Shown here: one piece after another, positions 23,889 to 37,400 of the stretch
Numbering within the stretch: the stretch's first letter is position 1
Layout: every line of letters starts with the position of its first letter
DNA from: Balanoglossus misakiensis
Lineage: Eukaryota; Animalia; Hemichordata
NCBI GenBank assembly: GCA_040954595.2
Contig: CM082584.2
Location: 6,390,110-6,454,109 of the forward strand
DNA length: 64,000 nucleotides
Direction: 5' to 3'
Made by a program: the position numbers and the translations under genes
The notes under the pieces: model-generated
The model's input: only the letters and a program-made list of their open reading frames with translations
What the model was told of the DNA's origin: nothing
Databases searched by the model: none

Positions 23889-26800
23889 TTTTTATATACT
23901 GGCAGTATATGCATATGTATGTGTTTGTGAGTACTTATTCTTAGAGCTTTTTCTCAACTATTTCTAGTGTCAGAAGTTTTCACACCAAAAAGTTTCAGTT
24001 GAACAGAACAAGTAATGCATGACTTAGCATTGAGATTATATTTATCTTTTAGTTGTAAAGATGAAGAAAAAATTTCCACACAAAACCACTCCTTTGACCA
24101 CTGAGGTTTGTATGACATTGTGATGGAAGATATAAACATGTGCCAACGGTATAAGATCAAAGGTTACTTCACATATTAGCATACAGGTGACTGCTTCACC
24201 GCAAAAAAACAACCCTGGGCTTTCTATTGTCAGTCATCATCCTTATCATTTAGAAGTTTGACCTACGATGACCTCTGATGTGAGCACATCATAAGGCTGC
24301 ATGTGCTCTTAAAAATCTGCATCATCTGTGTCTCCATATGGGAATGCACGTAAAGGCTTATACACAGAAACCCATACCCAGTGAGCTAAATCAGTAGTTT
24401 TAATTTGTTTACCATGGCAACACATTTATCATTGATTGTATTCATAACGGCAATGCATAAACCTCATTTCTTGCCAACAGTCTCTGTTAATCCTACTATC
24501 TGATCTTTTTTTCAATTTCAACCTAAAATAATAATAATGAATTTCAATATATCCTATAGATTACTAATCTGCAAGCTCTTGAAAAAGCATAATTATAATC
24601 CATCTGTGCATAATTGAAAAATATTCTTGCCTTCGAATTAAAATTTTCTCTCAAAATCAAATACAGTCCAACGCCACCTGTAATGTACAGGACCTAAAAT
24701 TCTTGATTCAAGCATGGATGTAATCCTGGTGGTTGATATATAAAAAGCAATTTCTGCAGAGAAATCAGACTGAGGATAAAAACACAGAAGTATGCAGGCA
24801 ATATGTCAAGGTGATTTCTAGATTTGAAAAGTGTAATTCCACACCTGTCAAGGAGAGACGAAAAACAGCTCCGTGTCAAATTGCTTCTGGTCGTACCGGA
24901 ATACTCTGTGGATGATTTCAGGAAATTAAGACACCCAGAAAACAAGCCGAGTTGTTGTCGTGCGTCACCTTCCTTTCATAAATCTGACAGGCAAAGAGTT
25001 GTATTTGCAAATGACCTCTGAACTTTCTTTCGAAGAGTAAATGAATTATGGTACTTCTGGTAATTTTTCTTGAGCCTTTTTCTGTGAACTGCCTTTTCAG
25101 TAGAAAAAAAAAACACGAGAGCATGTACACAGGATGTATTCAATCATGGAGACCGCAGTCGGCTTGGCGACCCTCTAGCCAAGTTTTGTTCTTGCTGGTA
25201 TTAATGACGTATGTACACTGTACCTAGTATTAAACTTGTCAGATTTGCATATCGCCTAGGGAACCACTATCACTCTCTCCGCAAGTGTCACTGAATGTCA
25301 CAAAATCGGGTTAGGCTCAGAAACAGGGACATGGTAAATCACAGATTAGCATAGTCACATTGCTTGTACAGTGATCTTACTCTATCAGAAATTAAATCAA
25401 TCTTTTCCTTCGGATTTTCAGCATTAAAATCAGCTTGGCTTTAGGATGTTCTTGCGGTTGGGTTCGATCGTTCCAAAGATGAACAAAGTATTGCTTTGGT
25501 TGATGGTGTTTGACAGAAACCTCTCTCGCGACGATTAAGTTTCTTTCAATGAATAATAACGGACAGAAGGCACCAAGTCATAATACCAGCCGTTTATCGC
25601 ATCATTCGACATTGAACAACTTTGCCCTTGATGGAGTCAGACTTCCTGTTGCCTTGGAGACAGCGAACTTATTGCAGAAGGGAAACAAGCACATTAGACA
25701 TGAGTACACTGCTGTGAAATCAAATATACTGCATTCTGTTGATAACACAAGCCAATTTTGTGGTCACATGTGGTCTTCCCAAAGACTTTACTGTGCAAAA
25801 AGTTTGTGTGTGAATTTGCATTTGCTCACATTAAGTTCTGAATCCTCAACCCACACATCAACTCACTCTCATCCCACTTTTCTCTGAAGATGAGAGCAGT
25901 CAACAAGCATACAAAAGGTCCACACACAAAAAAGAAACCAAGTTAAAATGTAGAACACACTCCTCGATTTCATTTCCCCAATTTTACATATTAAGTATGT
26001 TTATTCATGAAAAATAGAAAATTTTCTGAAATACAATCTCGGGGAGAAACAAAACACTGAGAAGAGGAACAACATCGTGAAATTAAAATATAAATTTTGA
26101 AAATACGACAGACATAATTTTGGTTTGGTACAGTGGGATATATCTCTTGGCAGTAATACGAATTAAGTATCATTCCTGAAGAAAATGTTTTGCAAGGTAG
26201 AGTTTTGAAAAGTTTGTCATACAAAGTTTGTCCATAATCACTCTGGAATTGAATTTTAATGAGAACATGATTTTTTTCTGCAAAAACTTGGATCAATGAG
26301 TCTACGTGATGTTGGAAGTTCTACTGCGCAGGAATTTTCAGCTCTCCAGCTACATGCTTGCATTTGTCAAAACTTGTAACCTGAAGTATTTACCACTTTA
26401 CAAGTTAAAAGAAACGAAATCTATATTTGCCATAGTTCTCACTGTGCAAATCTTATTAATAACACTGGTTAAGAATTTTTCACCAATCTTGCATCTGATA
26501 CTGCAAGTTGGCCAGCATTCACAAACATGAACTGTTCTGAAATATACTGCATAGAAAAGCTCATACACATATTTTGTAATTCATTGTATCTTGTATATGC
26601 ACTCTCATTACATTAAAACCTACACTGTGTGTACAACTCTAAACGGGCTATATTAAATATTCAGTAATCTATGTTATGGTGCTTGCTATAGAAGTAATAC
26701 CTATATATACTAGTACTTGAAGCTGTTGGCTTCATTTTTTTTTTCTCACATTTGTTCGTGTATCATATAGCATGATAAATTTAAAACGCTGGAATTTTAC

Positions 26801-29759
26801 AATGATCTTGTACAAAGGATGCGTTATAATGCAGGCTACTGGCCATTTTTGCATGCTGTAGGGAACAAGAATCTAAACTTGAAACTTGATTCACAGGACA
26901 AAAGCGTCTTTTAAAAAAAACATCCGAACAGAATGGAGACTGCTATGAGATTTGATGTATTTTGAGCCAATTGTGAAATTTGTCTTTCAAAAAGCTGGAA
27001 TTTTTCTAAAAATACACTTTGCAGTGGAATTAATTCCTCAATTTCCGACTAAAAGGGATGTTGTTTTTTGCACTTGCCATGTGACAGTACTAAAGAGGGT
27101 TAATGGGATCAGGACTTTGAATGGAGACCAACTTTTTAGTACTGGCTACTACAGTTGAGTTTTTGTTCTTGCTACTGAAGGGCCCCAATGATTGACACTG
27201 ACAAATGGCATGCATAAGCCAACGAGAAATGGCCACAATAATATTAATGTCGAGAAAAATATTTGTCATCTCACGGAGTGTACATGGTACACTGACCCCA
27301 CAATACTGAACTGTTGCAAACCAAATCAGTTTTCAATATTCAAATTGTCACTAGAGACGGTAACTACAGGAACAGTTATGAAGAAACTTCAGTGATCTTG
27401 CCGTTATGTGCACTGGCCAAACTGTAGCACTTGGGATGAAAGACGGTGGCTCTTTTTTTCACCAAATCACAAAGCAGCTCCCATGACCATCGTGGGAAGG
27501 CATAAAATTTCACATTTAACCGCAGAAAAAATAGCCTTCTTGTTCCTCTTGCAAGAGGGCTATGGCCATTAAATCTGTTCTTGAAATACTACTCAAATTT
27601 TCAAACATAAAACTACACAAGAATTATGTCTCCATTCAACACTGTGTTCCCTCATATATTTTTACTATACAGATTGATATAATTCTGTAGGTCAGACCAC
27701 TCTCTCAAATATTTCTAGTTGTGAAATGCATATAAAAAAACAATGAACTCAAAAATATGTTCAAAATAACACTCATATTTACACTTGTTTTCTTTGATAT
27801 TGTGCTCTGAAACAATTACATAGTATACTGTATTTGATAATCACAGTGTGAACTTTGGTTTACTAGTGTTTGAAAACTTAATTGTGATAAAATGTTAAAT
27901 TGTATGAATGAAAGCTGAGTATGAACATAGCACCATTGAGAATTAATACACACATGGGTGTGAAAAAATCAGTGACATGTATTCTTATTTCAAGTCTTCT
28001 AGTGTTTTTTCACTCAGGTCTCTTTAAAGACCAGAGACACCACAGTTCAAAGGTCATACTTCCATCTTACACATTATTCTACATGTACTTTTGCCTGTGT
28101 ATGGGTAGCAGTCTGTTGTGGTTATGTGTGTATATAACACAATTAAGCATGCACTCATTAAACGTAAAATACATTTTTTTGTCGTCTCTGATGTAAGTGC
28201 ATGATACCCAGTTTTTTAAAATGATGTAATCTCTGTTTTTCCCAAAACAGCGCCACCTACAGTAAGTATGAGAAGAGGGCTGGGAATATTGAAAGACACT
28301 TTAAATAGTCTGCTTCGCTTTATTTCCCAGAAAGCTCAGCATATGTTACCAGATATAAGTCGTTGCGGTAGTGAGAATAGTTAAATGCCAAACAAACAAA
28401 CAAACAAGAAAATACTCCCTCATCCCATTCACCGTTGTGACAGAGTGAAATTTTCAAGTGGTAGATTTTTTTTTCATAAACTATGAGATGCGAAACAAAT
28501 GCCAAAAGTTCTGAAATTCGTCAAACCCTAACACTACAGCGACACATTTAGGTGTTGGGCTGGTCCCCATCCCAATAATCATTATTAACCACAAAGGGGT
28601 TGGTTGCTAGGTATTCACAGTAACATGCAATCTGATTGGCCAAATGGTGGAGGAATCTTATTGGGTGTTATACCATAGTTCCTGATATTGGCACAGAATG
28701 TTGCATTTACTGATAATAAAGAGTGGAAATTCATTGCATATATAGCTGCTGAAGATTTTGCTGTTGATATGAAGAAACCCTGACAACTGACTGTCGAAAG
28801 ATGCATGCATATATTGGGCAACTTTAGAAGCATGTTTTCAAATGGATTTGAAAAATGGCGGTTATCTCATCTGTTTGTGTCTGCAACCTTTCCCTGAAAC
28901 CATGTTGACATGTCAGTTGTCAGCAATCATAATTTGTGAGGTAGGTAAAAATATGCGTAGTGAGATGTTTTCATCAAGAGGTTACAGGAATATGTTGGCA
29001 TATCATCATTCTGGCAAAAACATTAAGATATGAGGTACAAAAAGTACTGAAAAGGATGAACATTTCGGGTAGTGCAACAAATAATCTCTAACCGAGAAGA
29101 TGACACACTTGCCTGTTTACCCTTGTCACATTATGGAATATTCCAATTGTTATCTATGAGTTGGATCCACGCACACCAAAATGGGTGTGAAAGGGTGAAC
29201 TCATAAATCTCAATTATGAGAGGGTTTTTGTATCAAAAAATTGCCATATCTGCATGGAAATATTCCCTGCCAAACTAGAATCACCTTGCCTACTAAAATT
29301 CCATTTCACAGTTCATTTTATAAATTGAAGTGCTGTGAAAAAAAGATTTACGACTGCCTAACGGCATACAACCTCTCGCGAAGAATATTTCATATCTTCA
29401 TGGTGAGATAGAGACTAGTGTGTCATATTACAGGTAAAAAAATATTTCTGAAGCAAACAAAATTTGTGATGTCACCAAAAAAAAAACAGAACTGTACACC
29501 ATAAAAAAGACATCAATGAAGATGGGATGAGAAACTATTATCAGTTTATTCATTGTTTTCTGGCATTTATTGTAGTATAAAATTGCTATAAAAGGACAAT
29601 GATATTGAATTTCTTCTGAAAAGTGGCACTGAGGAAAGTCAAAATTTTGTTCCCGTTTCAAATCGAAAATTTGTAAGAACAAGGTTTCTCTATATTGCTT
29701 GCATATATCAATGGTACTTTGCAACTGAGGATCTGTTGAGATTGGAAGGGGGAGGAAAA

Positions 29760-29874
29760 AATCACATTTTGTCGTACAATGGCGTGTGATTGGCCCAATC
29801 ACATTCTGTCGTACACTGGTGTGCGATTGGCCCAATCACATTTTGTCGTACACTGGTGTGCGATTGGCCCAATC
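29760..29874. repeat. Three-copy 37-bp tandem repeat
   Basis: AATCACATTTTGTCGTACACTGGTGTGCGATTGGCCC occurs three times. Each junction forms GATTGG-C-CCAATC. Confidence 0.9.
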
Positions 29875-31444
29875 TACTGACCTTTTGTGACCTATGACCT
29901 TACACACTGTCACCTTCAGAACCAATTTGCAGTCTCCCATCCCACAAAATAACACTTTCCCAAAGATCTCTACAAGAACTTTGAGCTAAAACTTCTCCAC
30001 TCCCAGAGGTTGTATACAAATGGTATATGTTGTAAGTTTACAAAAATAGTGATTGTCTTCTCAAGTGGGGCTAGTAAATACACATTTTAAAAATAAGTTC
30101 TCATTTTGGAAAAAAATGTACTTTTTCATATATTTCTATCACTTAGTGTTGAAAGGAACAGAACCTCTCGTTTAGTGAAATCACAGGAGTGTATGAAAGC
30201 TATAAATGGACATTTAATTTTTCACTCGTAATTGAGATGTATTTGCATGAGTACGATCAGCCTCCAGCCAATAATATATCCTCCTCTCCTTAAAAACATT
30301 TTGATTTGCAGCTTTCAATGGTTCCCCTAGGCTGCTGAAAATCTACCAGTTTCAGTACCCCTAGCCTGCTTATATTAATACATTTGCATACTAAGTACTT
30401 GCTAGATTAAAAAGCTAGAAAAATGCTAGCCTATACACTTGGCTAGTTTACCAAGTGCTCCAATCACTATTTTGCTTCTAGAGTCTCTTTTCTTCTGTCC
30501 ATTGCTTCCTTCTGTCCATTTCTTGTCTTTCATTCATTTTTAACATTTTCAGAAAATGCTCTTGGCTTCCAGTTAAGAATGAGTGGACGAATCTTTGCAG
30601 ATGTTGACGATTGATCAGTTTTTACCCCTTTGATGTCACTTAGGGGGTTTGAAGAGATGGCAGCCGATCAGATGAGGGGTACTATATGTACAGGACAATT
30701 GAAAATACAATGTCACCATGACAGATCCATTTCAGCTTTCCCTAGGCAGCATATAAATTACGGTCACATCAGGGATTTGGTGCACCAGGGTTCATATCTG
30801 TGTTTACCAATGCCTGTCTGCATGTACTCTTGGTCGAGCAGTTTCAATAGTAACCTCAAGGCAACGAACAGGAGGATTTCCAATAAACGCTTGATCGATA
30901 GAGTGTGCGGAATTCGGGTGAATTTGTTCTTAGATCTTCATCCTGAGAGACGGCATTGATTCCCGTTAATCAATATTTGCATAAAAATAAAATCAGCACA
31001 AAAATGTTCCATTTGGCAGTATTCCAGCATTTGCGAGCAGAATTTTTGTCCGAAATTCTCCAAGTAATACACGATTGGTTATGATGTGGATTATAGTGTG
31101 TGGAATCATCATCAATGGATTTTTTTTCTCCCATGGGCTTGTAAGTCCAGATCAACCATCTTGGGTCGAATCCTTAAGTCCGCATGGAAGTAAAACAATA
31201 ACACTGGTGTTCCCCATGGAAACGGATGACATGGCCATAACGATGGAACATCGGCCAGCGAAGATAACATATTGGCAATTGTACTTGAAGCCGAAAAGGC
31301 AAAAAATGCATTCTAAGGCAAAAAATGCATTCTATAAAGTGCACAGCACTCAATATCTAAAACTGTCCTTTACAGTTTAATACAAAGGTGGGTTTATAGC
31401 AAAATCCAGGCAGAGCTGAATCATGAGTCTCCTTTGATGTGTTA

Positions 31445-34400
31445 TCAAACGGTGGATTCCAGCCTTGCCCTTGGCCGTCGCTGTCCGACGTACGAACTGT
31501 CATGATTATTTGCTTTACTCTGATTCTCACTGTCGGTATTTTCAAATCCGCTGGTGTCACAGTCAACCATGACCTCCGGTCCATCACCAATAGCATCCAG
31601 CGACAGATAGTCCTGCAAGAATCAAGGAATACAGTCACACACATTTTTATGATCGCCGCCATATTGCGACCTAAGTCAACCCAGCAGCTGTGCGACGGCC
31701 ATTAAACACAATCGTATATTTTATGGAACTCAAAAGGTTAGGGCGTTCGGATTTCATCTTCGATCCAACTAAAGGCCACTCGACTGCACAATTGTCAAAC
31801 TGTTTATCAAGTAGGCACAGAATGTGGGCCTGAGTAACTTTATTTTCATTAATAGTATAAACTTCAAATTTTACCTGGTTACTTGACTGGGTCAGGAGAC
31901 CGTCAAGGGTTTGCACGAGCTGGGTGAAGTTTGGTCTTTGGTTTGGTGACGTCCTCCAACACTCTCGCATCACACAGTATCTTTTACAGAAGAAGACAAA
32001 AACAATTCAGCTTTCGTCAATATTTGTGAGAGTATATGTGCAGTGAGAACAGAAACAGTGTGTAACCCTTTTACCATCATGGTTTGGTCCAAATCCATTG
32101 TGTTCTATGGTAAACCTGGACCTCTGTAGAGGGAACTGGGGGTGGAAGGGTTACGAAACAAAGAGAATTGATTTCAAACTTGCACATGTCCGCTTGTATA
32201 ATTTACGAGTACTCCTTTCTGATGATGACGCATTTACCGACAGACCAGACAGTCTAAACACTTGTCAATGAAAAATCCAGCAGCCATCACTCACGACACT
32301 AACTCAGTTTCCTGAACAGAATCAACGCGGCGAGTTCTGACGAAATGAGTCACTGCTTTCACGCAAGACAACGTCATGAAGTCAGATTGGATGACTATCA
32401 TCGCGTCTGGTACCAGTCAATGAGTTCTTATCAGTGATGACACCTCCAAAGGTAAACACGTATGTGTTAAAAATCACTCAGTGCAGATCCGATTTTCAAA
32501 TCCACATCTATCAACTTATTTGTCAGAGAATTTTGGTGAATGTGTAATACTGCAGGATACAAATAATGAGTTTTATTAAAATTTACAATAAGCGTTTTGC
32601 CAGGTAACAAAAACCCACTCCAAAAATAAAAAATTCACAGAGATCAACTCCACTTTCAACCAACTGAAAGGAGAAATTCCATTTCCTATGAACACTTCAA
32701 CATTTTTTATTATGCTCAAGCTATCACCTAAATTATGACCTTGTAATTAAAGAATGACAAAATCAATCAAAAAGGAACACCTTCACAGAAACTGACTTCA
32801 TTGCAAAACGGTGAAAGGAGAACTCTCATTTTCCAAGAAATACTTCAATATCATTTTACGATACTAAACCTATCAGAACTTACAGACATCATCAATTTTA
32901 TTGATTGTCTGGAATTTCACTGCACCAATCATACAAATTCTTTAGATTTTCTGTTTCACTCTCATGAATTCTTTAGACTCTCTGTCTCTGTCTGTCTGTC
33001 TGTCTGTCTGTCTTGTCTCTCTCTCTCTCTACATATAACCTGTCACTTACATTTCAGTCGAACAGCCATGTGGCTGTTCCATCCTCTTTCCGGCCTTCAG
33101 AAAATCAAAGAGCATTTCCACTGGAAGACTTGGATACGGTGAACCGCCCAATGTCATGATTTCCCAGAGAAGAATTCCGAACGACCATATGTCACTCTGT
33201 ATCGTATAGATCCTGTCAAACAGAGCTTCGGGCGACATCCATTTGACTGGAACCCGTCCCTTCAAATAAAACAAAAGAAAATACAATGTATGACCTTTGG
33301 CTCCTTAACATTATCAATAATTTTTCAAAACATTTTTTTTCACTTGAGAATATTCTTCATGTGACAGTGAATGTAAATGAAACTGCGTGAGCAACTAAAG
33401 TTGCTACAGTTCAATGATAAAATTTACCATGGCAACAGCATGCATAAATTAGTTTTACCTTGTGGCAAAATTACATTTACAATCAAGGTTTACAGTCCTT
33501 TCTGGTGGAGCAGAGATAGTGGGTCTAACCAACTTTCAGACTAAACACACCACATCATCAGATCACCATGGAAACAAGCACACAGTACGTACAAGTATAC
33601 TGAGTAAAACAACTTCTCACTTACATTGGTATTTTTCCTATAATAATCTATATAATGCACATCTCTTGCAAGACCGAAATCTGCAATTTTCATGACGTAA
33701 TCCGTGCCAACCAGCACGTTTCTGGCAGCCAGGTCTCTGTGAACACACTGAAAAAGATCACGTACATAGAAAGCATTTAATCATCACATATTTTGCCAGC
33801 GGTGAACAATTTCTAGATTTACTGTAATTACTTCAGTAGTAATTTCTGATGATATCATCATCATCAACAGGCATGAAGTCTGGAGTGGTGGAAATGTAGC
33901 AAATGCATCCTATATTTGTGATAATTTCCTTCCTTCCATCCAGACAACGATATGATTTCATTGGCACGTCACACCGAACAAGTGAAGCGTAAAACAAGTC
34001 TTCCATGTTCGCTATACAGCTCTGATGCAACTGAAATGCATGGACACTACTCTCGAGCAATAATGCACGGCGTAGGTTCCTGATTAGTGTTCTATTATCA
34101 CCCTTAATACATCTCACTGTTATCTACATTTGCGTATCGCGCACACTGACGCATGTGATGCGTAGCCCATGCAGATGAAACGGACACTACCCCGATCGAT
34201 AATGCATTGAGCACTTCCTGTTTGTCTCTCCATCGTCACCTTGTATCTCGGTGTTATCAAAATTTGGATATCGCACGTCAGAGTGAACATGAGCTGTGTC
34301 GCTCGACAAAATGCTGTCTGACAATTACAGCCCTGTACAGTTGCAAATGTTACAATCCGTGTCAATGAACTACCGACTTCACCAAATTTTCAAAAGCGTT

Positions 34401-37400
34401 CTTTGGAAGAAAAGTGTCCACAGAAATCACAACCTACCTTGTTGACCGACAGAAAGGTCATCCCCCTGGCTATTTGATATGCAAATGACACTAAGTCTTT
34501 ATTCGATAATAAATCTACTTTTGGCAGTAAGGCAAAATTTTCGTACTCCTGGTTCTGCGGTCGGCGAGAACGCAGAAATTCGCGCAGGTTACCGTGAGGT
34601 GCATATTCCACGATCACTAAAAGAGGACCTGTGGGTTGGAAAAGAGAAAGAGATTGTGAAAAAAGCGATCAGCAGACAGTGAAATTCCAAGAATGCAGAA
34701 AATTTCTGGAAAAATATGTAAGATGAAGGAATCTTTTCCCAAGCCGTATTGGTTGTTTATCCTAAATGCAGACGAATTTAAGAATAACTGCAAGCAATCT
34801 CTCAGACTGTAAACATTCGAAAAAATAAATGTCGTACGCAGTCTGCAATAATCTACTTGAAAACAGAGATTTTCTATAAATCATTCAAAGCAGCGATTTT
34901 CCAGCAACAATCAAAATGCTTCATCATTTTGTGTGAATTGCCAATACATTCACGAGAGAAAAAGTCTCCCTCTTTTCTGGCTTAGTGGGGAGATTGTGAT
35001 GTGAAGCTTTAATCAATTACGGACAAAAATGAACAGGAATCCATTCTACATTCAGTAGAGAGATTATCAATTTTTTACTTCTTTCCATTAAAAGTTACAC
35101 AATTCTTACCATGTGTAACATTTCCGACTTATCAGTAAGATTTAACTAAAGACACTTTAAAACATACAGTCCAGACATACAGACTGCAATGAAATATCCC
35201 CCCAGCATTACGCTGAATATCACAGCAGACTAGTACAGGTCAGTAATGATCAGAACAGATGGGCTTATGAAAACGTGGGATTTGATTTTACCAATCAGGC
35301 ACGACGTAGCAATAAAACACTGATATTCTATTGAGATTTGAGCAAATCAGATTGGGCCTCTAGACTATGCTAGATGGGTTGTATTTTGACACACTATGGG
35401 GTTACAACTGATAGCTAATGGAATCTTGAAATAAAACAGAATGCTCCAAACTTCTCACATCCTGGGAACACCAGCCTAGTATACCGGTATGGATATATAC
35501 TTACCATCCTGGGTACAACAGCCCAGTATATTGATAATATTGATGTGTTTCCCTATCTGTTTCATCATCTCCATCTCCGAGATGAGGTCGTTCAACTCCC
35601 TTTCGGTGGCGTCAGCTACAACAAAGAGAAACAAAAGCCTGTTAGTAACGCTTATCTGCTCAGACAGCCTGAATTATGTCTCAAAGTCACACACCTACCG
35701 CGTCTCCTAATGCAAATAACCAACGTGTCACAGTGAATGATAACGCCACGATGCGCGTTGAACACAATCAATGCACTGGTTGCAATTTGTGAAGACATTA
35801 TTTCCATTTTCACCTGAGGAATGCAAAACCCGATGAGTCATTCTCTTTAACATGTCCATTTAGGCCTAAGCTAGCATCTTTTCCAGACATGGCAATTTTA
35901 TATATCCCTCCCCCACCCCCTTCAAGAGTAGCTTGAAACGTGAGCACTTTTCAAGGTATGAATGGCCTCCATTACACACTGACCAATACAACGTCTCGCA
36001 AGTTGTTCTCTAAAAGATGTTCTTCTATTTTTACCTTTTAACATTTTGACAGCCACTGTTGTCTTGGTAGTATTGCTTTCTTTCTTCATAATGCCGATCG
36101 CCGTCGCTTCTAAAACCAAACCGAAGGCTCCTTCTCCCAGTGTCGACCCCAACGTCAGTCTGCAAAAATTCAATACAAGAAATAATGAGCCTATAATTAC
36201 CACTGTCCAATATAAGGATGTTGTCATGTAACTTGCAATGCTATTGTTAACAGTTGAATTTTAGCCCAGACACAAATTCAAACGTCAATAATAACATTGC
36301 ACTTTACAATTTATATGAAAACTTCCGAACAAACTGAATGCATTGAATTTAAATTCTGCTTTTAACGTAACAAGAGAGAAGAAACTCTAGTTGCTTATCA
36401 CACATTGTACAAATATGTTTTGAACCTTATAATTATTAAAGAAAATATTGAGGTTATACACGCAGCAGTTTTCAAGTTTTTGATGTGGACGGACATACAG
36501 ACATACATCCATCTATCCATACATACAGACGCAACCGATCCCATAAGGTCACACTGGTATATAGTATGCCTATACCAATGGGACCTAAAAATAATTTGTA
36601 CCTGTTTCGAGGAAACTCCCAGTTTTCATCGTAGGGTATCTCAATTTCTGATATGGTTGTGATGGTTGATGGCAGTCGGAGACCACGAATCAGTGGTTGT
36701 GACGATCCGACAGAAGAGTTGGATTCTAATGAGATCTAAAAAAAATCAAAATCATGAGCACACGTCAGATTTTCATGATAGCTAAGCTCTTCACATGATC
36801 ATAATTTGCCTTTTTTTAGATCTTTAACCCAATCACCACCATGGTTTGGCCCTAATCCATTGTTTCCTATGGTAAAGTTGGACCAGTATAGAGGGAACTG
36901 GGGGTGAAAGGGTTAAAGGTATTGCTACACTTGCTGGTAAATTCAATGATTTGAATATTTTATTCCATCATAACAAATTGTAACAGTCTACTCAGAAACC
37001 TTGCTTTATTCATAACAGCTAGAGGCACATAACTATAAATCAACCATCGTTCACTATTTTTGTGTGTGATTTGCCAAAGTATCACCTGAATGTTCTGGAC
37101 ATGTAAATATACGAAACTCTGGTGTAATTTTGTGGAACACTGCCATGGACTCTGTAGACAGCCAACTTTGAATTTCAATGCTGCATAAAAAAATAAACAG
37201 CACCAGATGTTGCTGCATGGACTCTCTCTCTCGTTCAGATTGGCTCTCGAGAAGCGTGCATGGAAAGTTCAAACTTCCTCATTTTGATGAGGGACAATAT
37301 AGCACCTACCTGTTGCCGGATGATAGATGGATTGGGCGTGATCCATCGCTGGGGAAGTCCCGTTTGCCGAGATTTCTCCCAACGTCGCCAGCCGACCATC

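Noticed and set aside
23417-31380. Numerous 60-135 aa ORFs between the membrane gene and FGFR (likewise in introns and at 60000-64000)
   Set aside because: No recognisable domains, codon bias or consistent exon chains. The lengths are as expected by chance.
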